Assembly: GCA_050273025.1 (NCBI GenBank)
Contig: CP158635.1
Coordinates: forward strand, 22,010,001 to 22,074,000
DNA: 64,000 bases
Direction: 5' to 3'
Source: Cenococcum geophilum
Lineage: Eukaryota
The first letter of the stretch is position 1, and each line of letters begins with the position of its first letter. A program made the translations under genes and the position numbers. Shown in pieces: positions 36,501-49,578 of the stretch. The notes under the pieces were generated by a model, which saw only the letters and a list, made by a program, of their open reading frames with translations, made no database searches and was not told the DNA's origin.

Positions 36501-39269
36501 TAGTAAGATTAACAGTTTAAAGTATTAATAGATAGTAGAGTAATAAGAAACTATATCTTACTAGTAGCAGTTAAGCGGATAGGATTACCTTATAGGTAAA
36601 AGAGGCACCCTTACCTATTAGTTATAATTTTAGGAGATCTAATAGCCTATAAAGGAGGTATTATTAACCTTAAAATAGGACCTATTTAGATAACTATTAA
36701 AGAAAAACGAATTAAGATATATTTTAATATCCTACTATTAGGACGGGATAAGGTAGTATTAGGTATGCCTTAGTTATAGAAATACAATCTAAAAATTAAT
36801 TGGGTTATAGGTTAAGTTAATATTAAAAATACTTAGCGAAGTAAGATATAATAACAGAATAAGATAGTATAGTATTAAGTTAGAGTAATATATAAAGAGA
36901 CTAAGTAGAGCTTAAATTACGTATTAAAGAGATACTATAAGTATAGTAAAAAGTTATAGAGCCCAAAAAGTAAAAAGCTATTAAATTATATAGCGTAGGA
37001 CTATAAAATAGAATTTAGAACTAAAAATAAGTCTAAAGTTCTTTCTAATTTATAAGCTAACTAAAGAAGAGTTAAGAGCACTTAAGGAGTTTATTTAAGA
37101 AAACTTACAAAAGGGATATATTAGACTATTATAGTTATTAGCAGGATATCTAGTACTATTTATACTAAAGAAAAATAAAAGGCTTAGACTGTATATTAAC
37201 TATAAATAATTAAATAACATTACTAGGAAGGATAGGTATTCTTTACCCTTAATTAGTAAAATCTAAGATAGAATAGGTAACGCGCAAATCTTTATAAAGA
37301 TAGATCTAAGATAGGCGTACTATTAGATTAGGATTAAGGAAGGTAATAAATAGAAAGCAGCCTTTAGGTTAAAGGAAGGACTATATAAACTACTAGTTAT
37401 ATAATTCGGACTTAAGAAGAATACCTTAATAAGTTTATTATAGTATACCTTAATAATAATAATATCTACTTAATAAGTAAGGAAGAATACGAAGAATACG
37501 TTAAATAGGTCTTAAGAGATTATAAGAAAAATAGATACTAGTAGCAATTAAAAAATATAAGTTTTTTTAATAAGGAAGACCGATCTTGTTAAATTTATTA
37601 TTAAACTAGGCCATATTAATATAGACCTAAAGAAAATTAAAGCTATAGTAAGTTGGTAAGAACTGGAGAATATAATATAGTTAAGATTATTTTTAGGGTT
37701 CTATAACTACTATAAAAGATTTATAGCATAATAGTTAAAGAATATTAAACTATTTATAAGGCTTATAAAGAAGGAGGAACTATAAATATACGGAGAGGAA
37801 CAGAAAAAGTTATTTAAAAAACTTAAAGAACTATTTACCTAGGAGCCAATTCTTAAGATCTACTAACTAGGACTAAAAACGATTATGGAAATAGATGTAT
37901 TAGACTTAATATTAGGAGTATACTTACTATAAAAGTATAGGAACGCATAGTATCTAGTAGTATATTATAGTTAAAAGATAATAATAAAAAGAACTTAACT
38001 AAAGGCAGGTTAGATAGGTAGAAATACTTACAGAATACTATTTTAAGATTTAGTATACTAAAGGGACAGAAAATATAAGAGTAGACGCACTTAGTAGAAA
38101 GGCTAAACTATAAGATAATAAAAATCTATTAGGGGCAATGCTATAGAAAAATAGTAATAGATTAATTAGATATAATTATCCTAAGATTATAGTAACTTAA
38201 AAATATAAGCTACTGGAAAGTAATTAGATTAGGAGAATCTAAGAGGCATAATCTAAAAATCTGTATATAGAGTAGTATAAGAGTTAAGAAGTAATATATA
38301 TATACTAAAGGGTATTATAAAAGAATTTATTAGAGATTTTTATAGGGGAATAATATAGGGATATAATGGAGCTATAAGCTTAGTATTAAGACTCTAAAAG
38401 GAGTATATTATTAATAGAATCTAGGGTCTAGTAAGGGAAGTTATAAAGAAATATTTAAATTGCTAAAGGAATAAGCTAATAAGGTATAAGCTATATAGAA
38501 AGCTATAGCCTATTAAAATACTAGAATATCTATAGGAGACAATATTATAGGACTCTATCGTAAAGTTGCTAAAGTTAAAAGATTTTATTACTGGATAGGA
38601 ATATAATATAATCCTAGTAATAGTAGACAAGTTAACTAAATAGGGCTACTTTATAGTGTGTGTAGAAGAAATCTTAGTAGAAGATATTGCTAGAATTTAT
38701 ATTAAAGAAGTATTTATAAGATATAGAGTATTAAGTAAAATTATATTAGATAGAGACTGTATAATTACAGCACCTGTTGTACTAACCACGTACTTACGCG
38801 TCTAGTGCACTCCTGAAACACTAGCTAGTTAGGGGGGAGGTGCGTTAGTATATAGACTATGTAGCCCACCTTAATAGAACCGATAGTTACCACCGTCTAA
38901 ATAAGCATACGATACTATACGTATTTCGTGCCCCTAGATACGACCCACTTATACCATTAAATTGGTACCGACACTGATTAGTGAGCGCGCACAGATTAGG
39001 AGATACGCACTTGCTTAGAAGACGTCCAACGCTCTACTTTGTAAGCCCCTATTTCAGTTGAAGAGAATTAAAGTACTCTAGATTTGGAAGACGTTTGATG
39101 CTCTACCTTACCTAGAATTACTTTAAATCTACCCTGGTTTTGGAAGACGTTTACGCTCCACCTTAATCAGAGATATTGACTACTGTACTAGTAGTTAACG
39201 CAACCACGTTAAGAACACGATTACACTAAGAACGCGACTACTACACCCTACTAAAATACCCCGGCCTCC

Positions 39270-39475
39270 TCTCTGACCCCTTATGGAGACCTCTTACCCT
39301 TTTACGAACCGTTACGGACCCGTTAATTACTTTTACGGACCGTTACGGAGACCTCTTACCCTCCTGTGAACTACTATGAACCTATTAAGACCCTACGGAG
39401 ACCCCCTTACCCTTCTATGAACCGTTATGGGCCCGTTAACCGATTTTATGGACCCTTATAAGACCTCTTCCACCC
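39270..39475 (+). repeat. Degenerate ~55-60 bp tandem repeats in the Copia 5' leader
   Basis: Recurring GGAGACCTCTTACCC...GAACCGTTACGGACCCGTTAA, about 4 copies. Confidence 0.7.
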
Positions 39476-42400
39476 GCTATATACTATACTACACTACACA
39501 GTATGGCAGATATTAGTAAGCAGGTTAATGAAGGTTAAAAGAAGTGGAGACAAGGAGTTGACGTTACGTCTATAGATGACGTTAATAACTATATTAAATT
39601 TAAAATCCTTAAGTACGAATACTTTAAGCTTATGAACGTTGACCTATGGGAGTAATACTAGGAAGACTTTGCGGACTTTACGGAAGCCATCTTTAAGGAA
39701 TATAACCCCACTACTATCTATAACCTACGGACCCTTTTACATAACTAAGGTGTATGGGTTAAAAGGAATAAATGGGTTACTGTTGTACGGTCCTTGTATA
39801 ATATAATATATAAGGAGGACCGAACGGAATGGACTAAGGAAGAAATCCTAGATAAGTATAACACTACTAAGGAACTCTTTGCTTTTTCTAAACTTAATGT
39901 AATCGCTAGCTTTATACCTGACCCTCTTAACTAAATTCGTCCTATAAACCTAAGCAGTTTTAGAATTGATTTTACTGGCTAAAGTACACCTAGTACTTAT
40001 GTTACGGACCGTAATACCCCCGTAACCTAAATTATAGACTGTAATACCCCCGCGAACCAAAATACGGACCAAACCCCTCCCGTTGTTTAAACTACAGACC
40101 CGTAACCCATATATCCGTAACCTATAAATCCGCAAGCTATAGACCCGCAAACTACCTAAGTAAAGACTTATGGTAAGGAGCTAGCTAACCTAGCTAAGCT
40201 CTACACCGACGAATCTAAGTACAGCGGTGAAAACGATAACTTTGACTTTAAACTGACCATCTTTACGGACCTCTGTTAGAAGGCCGATATTCCTAAATAG
40301 GAGTTCAGCCAAGCCTACTCTATTATGCTGCGCGGCTTAGTACTTGACCACTACTATACCAACCTTAAGAGTAACCCCCTTGGTGTTCCCTTTAATAAGC
40401 TATGCGAAGCCATATATAACTACTTTAAAGGACCGGAATATAGGCGTGATATCCTTACCTAATGGAATGCGACTAAGTTACGGACCGTAATGGATAAGAA
40501 TACTGAAAAATTAACTATAGAGTGCCTACAAATCCTTATTAAAGACCTCCGCCACCTATAGCACGGTCTTAATATTAAGCTTTAAACGGACGACTTCTTG
40601 TATAATAAACTGATTACGGCCTACTAGGAAATGGAACCCTGCAAATACGCCTGTTATAAGCCCGCAGACACCGTAGCTGGCCTTATTAACGATTTACGGT
40701 CCTCTATTATAACGTACAAAGCCTTAAACCCGCTAGGTAGTACTTAAGCTTTTATTACGGACCTGCAAAATCCGCAACCTAATTTAGATGCCTACTTTAC
40801 GGACCGCCGATACCGCCAGTAGTATCCGTATTGACTAGGCTCTACCCGCAACCTCCACAGCAACTCCCGTACGAAAGTATACCCCCGCAGACGAACCAGT
40901 TAGAAGTGCTTTGTGTGCGGCAATAAAGGATGTTGGTCTATAAGGTATATCTAGGAAGAACGTAACAAGTCTAGGAAGAGACTTAATAACTGGATTAACC
41001 AGTTTATTTTGGAATATAAAGGAGAGGAAGTAGAGGAGCCCCCTAACGAGTTAATAGAAGCCCTTATAATTAACTTTAACTTAGACGCTTAGGAATAGGA
41101 GACCTTAGAGACATTCCTAACTACTTTTGGACCTTTTACGGATAGTTAAGCCTTTAATACTATGACCGTATTAGCCGACCGCTCCTTTATATACTTAATT
41201 ACACCCGAAAACTGGCCTGTAAGTATACCCGTTGGACCCGTTACGGATATTACGGACCGCGAATAGGATTTATTTGCATATATTACTACAGAACGCTATA
41301 CCCCTAAAGAATTCTATGGCGTTATAATTGATATAGGTGCCTCTAAGAAGTCTACTATAGGTTACGGATAATACCTTGTATATAAGACTACCGTAAATGA
41401 TAATACGGACATTAACACTATGCAAGCTAGGGCTGTAAACGTCTAATTTGGCATTAGTTTAACCGCATTAATTAGATTAGTCGCAGTTAAGACCCTAATT
41501 AGCCTAGTTGACTTCCACATAGTAAAAGCGGACACCCCTTTTTTACTCTGTCTTGCAGATATGGACAGGTTATAGGTCTACTACAATAATATTACGGACA
41601 CCTTAACTAGCCCCGCAACTGCCCTAGGAAGTAAGTATATTACCCTACTAATTACACGACGATTTGGACACCCGTTCCTTATATAGGGAGAGACTTTACG
41701 GACCTACATTTAGGAATCTTTTGACTATAACCCGTGCTACCTTACTAGTACTGAAATCCACCGTTTGCACCGCTGTTTCGGCCACCTGTTAGCCGAAAAG
41801 CTATATAGAGTTCTTAAATGCTCTGGACATGACGACGTTAATAGGAAGGCAATTAACCACCTAATTAAATACTGCTCTTTTTGCCAGAAATACGGACGTT
41901 CCCTAGGTAGATTCAAGTTTACCCTTCGTAAGGACCTTAACTTCAACCACTTAGTGTACGTAGATATTATATACATTAACGGCAGTCCAGTATTACATAT
42001 AGTTGATGAGGCAACCCGCTATTAAGCCGCCCGTTGGTTGCAAAATATATCTATAAAATATACTTGGGACATTTTACGGACCTACTAGATTAACATATAC
42101 CTTGGACCCCCTGAGTATATTACCTACAACGCTAGTAGGAACTTCATTAGTAAGGAATTCCAACAGTATGCTATGGCTATGGCTATTTTAATAAAAGCCG
42201 TTCTAGTTAAGGCGCACTGGTCCGTTAGACTTATTAAGCGAGCTTACCTAGCTTTATAGAGAGCTTACTAGATTATTACAGATGAGTGTAAGAATATCTA
42301 AAAAGAACTGGCTTTATAGATGGCCGTAAAAGCCGTTAACAATACCGCTAGCCCTAACGGATTGGTACCTACCCTCTTAGTCTACGGAGCCTACCTAAGG

Positions 42401-44494
42401 ATGAGCAAACTGGACCCTCCTGCCCCGTCCGTTACGGATTGAGCAGCTATAATACGGAAGGCAATGGCCGAAATAGTCAAATTACGGGCCAAACAAACTG
42501 TTAATAACGCTCTGTACTACTGTAACGGACTTAATATAACCCTAGTATATAACCTCCCACTTAACTCTGAAGTCCTCGTGTGGCGTGAAAGCGGCAATTG
42601 GACTGGACCTTACCGTCTACTGGCCGTAGAAGACGAGACCTGCTGTGTATAGCTCCCTAGCGGACCGACAAGCTTTAGAAGCACGTCCGTAAAACCCTAT
42701 TTTCGGTCTAAAAACATCTATAACGTTAAGCTAGATGAACCAGAAGCACCCGCCGAATTAGATAAACTAGAAGCACCCTTACCTACCCTAGAGGTCCCCC
42801 AGAAACCCAATGAACCTGCGGAACCTGCTATAAAGCGTGGCCGAGGACGCCCCTATAAGAACTCTATAACGGAGAATTATCTAACCTCCGCAGGCACATC
42901 CGCAAAGCAATCTCCGCCTGTGGATATATTAGTTTTAGTATAGGAAACCCCTTTTATGGACTTATGACGCAAAGAGATTAACGGACTACTTAAGAAGGGC
43001 GTCTTTACGGTTATAACGGAGAGAGACGTTCCATAAGGCGTCCGTATATTTAACTCGCGCTTTATTAACGAAATTAAGCACCCTAGTACTAACAAAGCCT
43101 TTAAAAAGTTAAGGCTCGTCGTATAAGCTTATAACGACTAGGGAAAGGACCTCGTCCTCACGCAATCGCTTATAATTTAACGGGTTAGTTAACGGATCAT
43201 ACTTACGCTTACGCTGGGACTACAGCAAACTAAACCCATAGCCCTCTACTTATGGGACATCTTATAAGCCTATATATAGTCCAACACTTACCTAAGTAGG
43301 GACATCTTTATACGGCCACCGCTTAAGCTTAATCTGTAACTAGGAACAATTTTATAGGTTATAAAACCACTTTACGGAGTACCGGAAGCTGGAAACCACT
43401 GGTTTAAGATGTATTACTAGCACCACGTCAGTAAACTTAAGATGGAGCAGTTAACCTATAACCCTTGCCTCCTATATACCCTATTAAACGGCCTTAGCAT
43501 CGTTAGACTCTAAATGGATAATACCCTCTTTCTAGCGGACCAAACTTTTGCGGACGCGGAAGAGACCGAACTGTAAGAAGCCAAGTTCCTAATAAAGCCG
43601 TAAGAGCAGTTAACTAAGCGGACTTTAATTAAGTTTAACGGAGGCTTAATTATATAAAAGGGCAACTTAATCTAGCTAACTTAGGAACGCCAAGCTTAAA
43701 ACCTAAAGCCCGTTACGGCAAAGCCTATGGACCTTACTAGTTCCCATAGAGAGACCCATAAGACCGTAAATACAAAGGACTAATACGCTGTATAGCGTGT
43801 AAGAGGTGCCTATATCGCCACAGTCTGTTAACCCGAATCTGCCTACGACTTATCCTTTGCGGCCTAGGTAGTAGATCCGCAAGAAGAAAATGTTAAATAG
43901 CTTAATAAGCGCATCCAATGGCAAATTGATAATGCGATAAGAGGACTTACTTTTGTACCGCTAGACCTAAATTCTATTAGCGTAATGGTATTTACGGACG
44001 CCTCCTTTACTAATAATAGGGACCTATCATCGTAAATTGGCTTTGTAATTGTACTTATGGACTATAACCAAGACGTAAATATACTGCATTGGTCTTTAAT
44101 TAAATACAAATAAGTAACCCGCAGTGTACTAGCTTCTAAACTATATGCACTAGCCCATGGCTTTGATATAGCAGCCGTAATCAAATTAACGATCCAGAAG
44201 ATCCTATAATTGGAGCAGCTACCCCTGGTTTTATATTCTGATTTAAAGTCTCTCTACGACTGCCTAGTTAAGCTAGGTACGATATAGGAGAAGAGACTTA
44301 TGGTCGACCTAATGTGCTTACGTTAGGCCTATGAATGATGTGAGATTACGGAGGTTAAATGGATTACTAGCGGAGATAACCTAGCAGACGCCATAACTAA
44401 GGCAAAGCCGTGTTAAGCTCTTAAGACCCTAATTAATATAAATAAACTTAACCTAAAAGTCATAGAATGGGTAGAGCGAGACTAACGGAGCATT

Positions 44495-44605
44495 TACGGT
44501 TTAGTTACGGCCCGCTGGAAGGCCGCACGGTTTATTTATGGCCCGTTAAAAGGCTGTATAGTTCATTTACGGCCCGTTAAAAGGCCGCATAGTTTATTTT
44601 ACAGA
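44495..44605 (+). repeat. ~31-bp tandem repeats in the Copia 3' UTR
   Basis: TTTACGGCCCGTTAAAAGGCCGCATAGTT-like unit, 3 copies. Confidence 0.75.
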
Positions 44606-46340
44606 CCGTAAAGCAGGGCTTACGGCTAGCTTGGGGCACTGTTTGGAAGGCAGCCTAGAGGGCACCTTGGGAGGGATTTCCTATATATTTTCTTACCCCT
44701 TTTATGGTTCTATTGAGGCAATTACGGAGGCTATACACAAGTGGTTCCATTTTCTAAGTACCGCTAGTATATAATTATAGCACCTGTTGTACTAACCACG
44801 TACTTACGCGTCTGGTGCACTCCTGAAACACTAGCTAGTTAGGGGGGAGGTGCGTTAGTATATAGACCACGTAGCCCACCTTAATAGAACTGATAGTCAC
44901 CACCGTCTAAATAAGCATACGATACTATACGTATTTCGTGCCCCTAGACACGACCCACTTATACCATTAAATTGGTACCGACAGAGACTTAAGATTTATA
45001 GTAGTATTTTAAAAGGTATTCTTAGCGGAATAAGGGGTTTGCGCAGTAATATTAATAGTATATTATCTGCAAACAGATAGATAAATAGAGAAATTAAATT
45101 AGACGCTAAAATAGTATTTAAGATATTATATTAATTACAGATAGAATAATTAGGTATTGTTACTACTAGTTATATAATTTATATATAATGCGATACTATA
45201 GAAAGGCATAGAGATATTACTATTTTAGGCAAATTATAGATATAAGCCTAGAATATTATTATTATTACCATAATAAGTAAAGAAGATAAGTAGAATAGTA
45301 AAGTAGAGAATAAAGACTCTAATAAATCTTTATAAGGACCTCTATTTTACAGCAAAAATAGTATAAAAAAAATATATAAAAAAGTACTATAATGCTAAAA
45401 GATCTAAGGGACTAGATCTAAAAGAGGGGGATAAAGTATAGCTATTATACAAATTTTTTATAAATTAACGACTAAGTAAGAAGTTGGATTACGTTAGACT
45501 AGGACTATTTAAAATAGTAACTAAAATTTTAGAAGTTATATATAGACTTAACTTATTAGCGAAGATAAAGATCTACCCTATATAGCATATTGCAATACTA
45601 AAGCTAGCGTAGAAAAATATAGAGCTATTAGTTTATAAAGTAGATATATATAAAGGACAAAAGGAAGATAAATAGTAGGTTTTAAAGATTATAAATTATA
45701 AGAATATTAACAATAAAATATAGTATAAAGTAAAGTGGGTAGGCTATAATAAGACTACCTAGGAACTACTATAAAACCTAAAAAAGGCTATAGAAAAGGT
45801 ATAGAAGTATTAAAAGAAAAAGGGTTAGGTAATATTAAGAAGAAGCTAAAGGTAAAGGGATTAGTTAAAGGTAATAAATAAGCCGGGTTATCTAAGGGAT
45901 CCACTACTATCATATAAGTTATTTCCGCCTCTTTTTAATTAGAATCATTTTTAGCCTCTTTAGCCTTAGGTGTTATAAAGTAAATATAAGCGACAATAAT
46001 ATATAACGAGGTAGATATTATTAAGCTATATATATAAACTGTATAATAAGATCAAGACGTTATATAAGGAAAGAGGGTAAGAAAACGGGAAGAAAGGGTA
46101 TATATTATTAGCTTAGTTGCTTAGTTAATATATATATAGAGCAAAATAGGATTTAGGTAGTAGTCCTAGCAGAACTTAGCAGGATTTAGTAAAATTTGGC
46201 GGAATATGGCAAAATATAGCAGATTGCCGTTAGATTGCCATAGATTGCCATTAAATTGCCGTCTTATAGTTGGTCTTTAGTTACTAAGTTAGTAAAAATA
46301 GGTAGATGTATATAAGGTGTTACGGGAGTGTCCTATAATC

Positions 46341-48110
46341 GTACCCCCCCTTTAAACTCGAGCTTTAATAAAATAGGGCTATAGTAGTTCTAGGTATAGT
46401 TTATAAAAGTCTTTTATAGCTTATATAAGTCCTATAGAGTTAACGGGTTCCTATAAAGGTTTAATAAGGCCTCTCTACTTTATAAGGTATATATATTAGC
46501 GTTTCCGTTTATTATACTTAGTATTATAAATTCTTTTAATAAAGTACTTATTCTTACTATCTGTTACGACACTGTTATAGACCCTAGTTAGGGGCTCGGC
46601 CGAGCCAAGCCTTGGCGACATGTATATAGACGTGTCCTTTCCTCGACCTTCTTCCAGTCCTTGTCTTAGAATTCTTATTTACTGGCTACTAATAGATTCT
46701 GTTCTTTTAACTAAGCCTTTATACTATCTACTTTAACTAATAGGGGAGGGTCTTATATCTATTTAGACAGGGCGTCTAATATAGTGGTAGTAGGGTAAAG
46801 GACTAATATATAGAATATAGGGTAGATTTTAACTGTATCGGGGAGCTTTAATTAGTAGGCGTAAAAGGAGACGACCTTCTTAACCTTATAAGGGCCGGCG
46901 TTCTTCTAATTAAGTTTCTTAGCAGGCCGTTTTATAGTTAGATTCCTTATATCTAGTTAAATAAAGTTACTAATTTAGTAGGCTAGTGCTAGGGTTCGGT
47001 TTTTATTTGCTACTGCTTTATAGACAAATTAGGCCTATATTTTCTCATTAGTAAGAAACTATTATAGTTCTTCCATCCTTTTTATAAATTAATTTGCTTC
47101 TATAATTTATAAGGCGTAATAAATAAGGTAAGGAACATTGCTAAAGGGTTTAAAACCTATTTATAGGTGCTAGCTATAGTTAGCCAGAAATAGGGAGACC
47201 TTTATAGTTTTTAAGACGGAGTTATTTATAATAAACTTAGCGAATGCAAGCCAGCTAATTTAGTCGTCCTATAAATACAACGTGTATATCCGAATATACT
47301 ATTCTATTATAGCATTTACACATTCTATTTAGCTATCCGTTTTTAGGTAGTATATAGTAGATAATAGTGCTTTAATGCGGAGTTAGGTAGTTAGTTTTTT
47401 TCCAAAATATAGAGATAAACCGGCTGCCTTTATTAGAGATAATTGTTTTGAAGAGTCCGTAGAGTTTCTATATATAGTTTAAAAACAGTTAAGTAATGGT
47501 AGGTATTAATATATTAGGGTAGGCAATTAAGTGTCTTATTTTAGATAGTCGGTCTATAACTACTATAATATTAATACAGCCTTTACTTACGGGGAGATCG
47601 ATAATAAAGTTAATTAAGATATTCTTCTATCTTTAGTTAGAATAGGTAGTAGCTTTAAAAGGCCGTTATAAGTCTTATACAAAGCTTTAGCTTATTAGTA
47701 AACTTGGCAGCTAGAGATATATTTTTAAATTATATTATATATATTCGGCTAGTAGTACTCCCATTAGAGTAATTTTAGGGGTTTACTTAACCTAAGCAGC
47801 CGGCTACTAGTAAAATGTGTATATATTTAAGGAGCTTAGACTTAAGTTTATTATAGTTAGGTATAACTAGATGTTTCTAGTAGTATAAGCAATCTCTATA
47901 AGCTTTATATTTACTTAAAGAGACCCTTTTAAAGCGTCTAACGCTATCTTAAATTAGCTTAAGCATATCTTAAATAAACTTATTATTTAGGTATTCGTTA
48001 ATTATAATCTATTTAATTAATTAATTAGTTATTTTAAGGACGTATACCGTAAGATCTTTAATAGGAGGGTTAAATAGTTTAGAATAAAGTAGGGTCTAAT
48101 TTTAGGGACA
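46341..48110 (-). mobile_element. Ty3/Gypsy chromovirus family E fragment (integrase, chromodomain, PPT)
   Basis: Minus-strand integrase (GLLKLLP...RW..IS.DFI.DLP; KKLDWKNAGP). Chromodomain YLVKWRG...PSWEP at ~46400-46555. PPT AAAGGGGGGG at ~46344-46353. Confidence 0.82.
46562..46723. mobile_element. Solo LTR (162 bp) inserted in family E
   Basis: Starts TGTTACG and ends TTTATA (RIPed ..CA). 5-bp TSD CTATC at 46557-46561 and 46724-46728. Confidence 0.75.
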
Positions 48111-49054
48111 ATTCGCGATAGCAATTATAGCTATTATACGATTATCAAAAACGTCTATAACGTTAATCTTTAATACTCTAGTATCGTTTAGGTATAATTT
48201 AACCTATATACGTCTTTAATTAACGTCTTAATTGCCTTTCCCTGGCTGCATACTTAGTTTTTATAAGGAAGTAATGGCCAAATAGCTTATACGCGTATTT
48301 CCTTCCTTTTAAATAGCGCTATTATAACGGAGTTATATTGGCAAGGTTGCGGCTATTTACTAAAAGGGTATTAAAAAGTAAAGTATAAAGACACTTTACT
48401 TATTACATCGGCAAAATATAGTACCCTACTAATGGTCTCAATGGTTAGTGGTTAACGCAATTAGCGCGCAGTTAAGGGCATTTGGCAACTCGACCGACTA
48501 GCCTATATTGTATTTTTTTAATACGCAGCCTGCGTGCAGCCTGCGCGTAACCTATACGCAACCTACGTATAACCTACGAATTTAGCAACTATAATTATAT
48601 TTAGAGCTATCTACCTCTTTTATACTAATAGTATATTTTAAATAATAATTAATAATTAAAGGCTATTTTAAAGCTATTTATAAAGTTGGTAAGGTAAATT
48701 ATACACACTTCTTTATATAATCTATATATATAGTTAAAAAGTAGCTACTAAAAGTAGCAGATATAGACCTGTCTATATCTACCTATTTATATCGCCTACC
48801 TATCTATATTACCTACCTGTTTATATCGCCTACCTATCTATATCTACCTACCTATTTATATCTACCTATCTGTCTATATCTATTTACCTATCTATATCTG
48901 CCTACTTACTAGCATCTACCTATCTATATCTGCTTACCTATCTATATCTACCTACCTATTAGCATCTACCTGTTTATGCCTACCTATCTATACTACCTTA
49001 ATTCAATCGATCAATTAAATTGTTTATAGTGTTCGCTAGCTAGTTGTTATCATC

Positions 49055-49272
49055 TGGTTCTAGCGACGGTTGTCTAGCTCTAGCGACGGTTGTCCGGCTC
49101 TAGCGACGGTTGTCCGGCTCTAGCGACGGTTGTCTAGTTCTAGCGACGGTCGTCTGTCTCTAGCGACAGTCATCTAGCTTTAGCGACGGTCGTCTAGCTC
49201 TCGCGACGGTCGTCTAGTTCCGGTAACGGTTATCTAGTTCTAGCGATAGTCATCTAGTTCTAGTAACGGTCC
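49055..49272 (-). repeat. 20-bp minisatellite (TAGCGACGGTTGTCCGGCTC on +)
   Basis: About 11 tandem units. Reverse complement of the 10266-10470 array unit. Confidence 0.93.
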
Positions 49273-49403
49273 TCTACTAGCTGCCGTTTTAGTGCCTCCT
49301 TAGGTAGGGAGGATGTAAGAAAGGAAGGAAGGGTAAAAAATAAGGCGGCTATATAGGTAGAGATATATATAGAGGCTATTAGGAATATAGCGGGGACTTA
49401 ATA

Positions 49404-49578
49404 CAGAGCTTCGTATAGAGCCTCTATACGTAGAGCTTTGCGCAGAGCCTTGTGCAGAGCCTCTATATATAAAGCTTTGTATAGAGCTTTATATAGAGCT
49501 TTATATAGAGTCTTATATAGAGCCTCTATACGTAAAGCTTTATATAAAGCTTCGTGTAAAGCCTTATATAGAGCCTCT
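49404..49578 (-). repeat. 12/15-bp minisatellite, short version of the 9153-10100 array
   Basis: AGAGCTTTGTAT and AGAGCCTCTATACGT units, about 13 in total. Confidence 0.9.

Larger units (their letters stand above)
38758..44983 (+). mobile_element. Full-length Ty1/Copia LTR retrotransposon, GalEa-like
   Basis: 216-bp LTRs at 38758-38973 and 44768-44983. TSD GAGAC at 38753-38757 and 44984-44988. Domain order is gag, protease (IDTGAS ~41327), integrase (HRCFGH...CSFC, VDEATR), RT (KPLYGVPEAGNHW; LQTDDTL ~43508) and RNase H (FTDASF, ADAMTK). Confidence 0.93.
33570..45960 (+). mobile_element. Ty3/Gypsy chromovirus family A, copy 2; interrupted by the Copia element within integrase
   Basis: Gag motifs YRRGLK (~34112), EPMDL (~34308) and knuckle C.NCGKQGHFSRDC (~34487-34530). 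Protease LIDSG (~36525), RT ~37140-37700, RNase H, integrase split at 38757/44989, chromodomain ~45670-45810. LTRs were not identified. Confidence 0.88.

Noticed and set aside
41765..42652. Short ORFs 41765-42025 and 42464-42652 (also 51619-51837 and 53840-54157) as separate genes
   Set aside because: They are surviving in-frame fragments of Copia integrase or LINE2 ORF2 between RIP-made stops.
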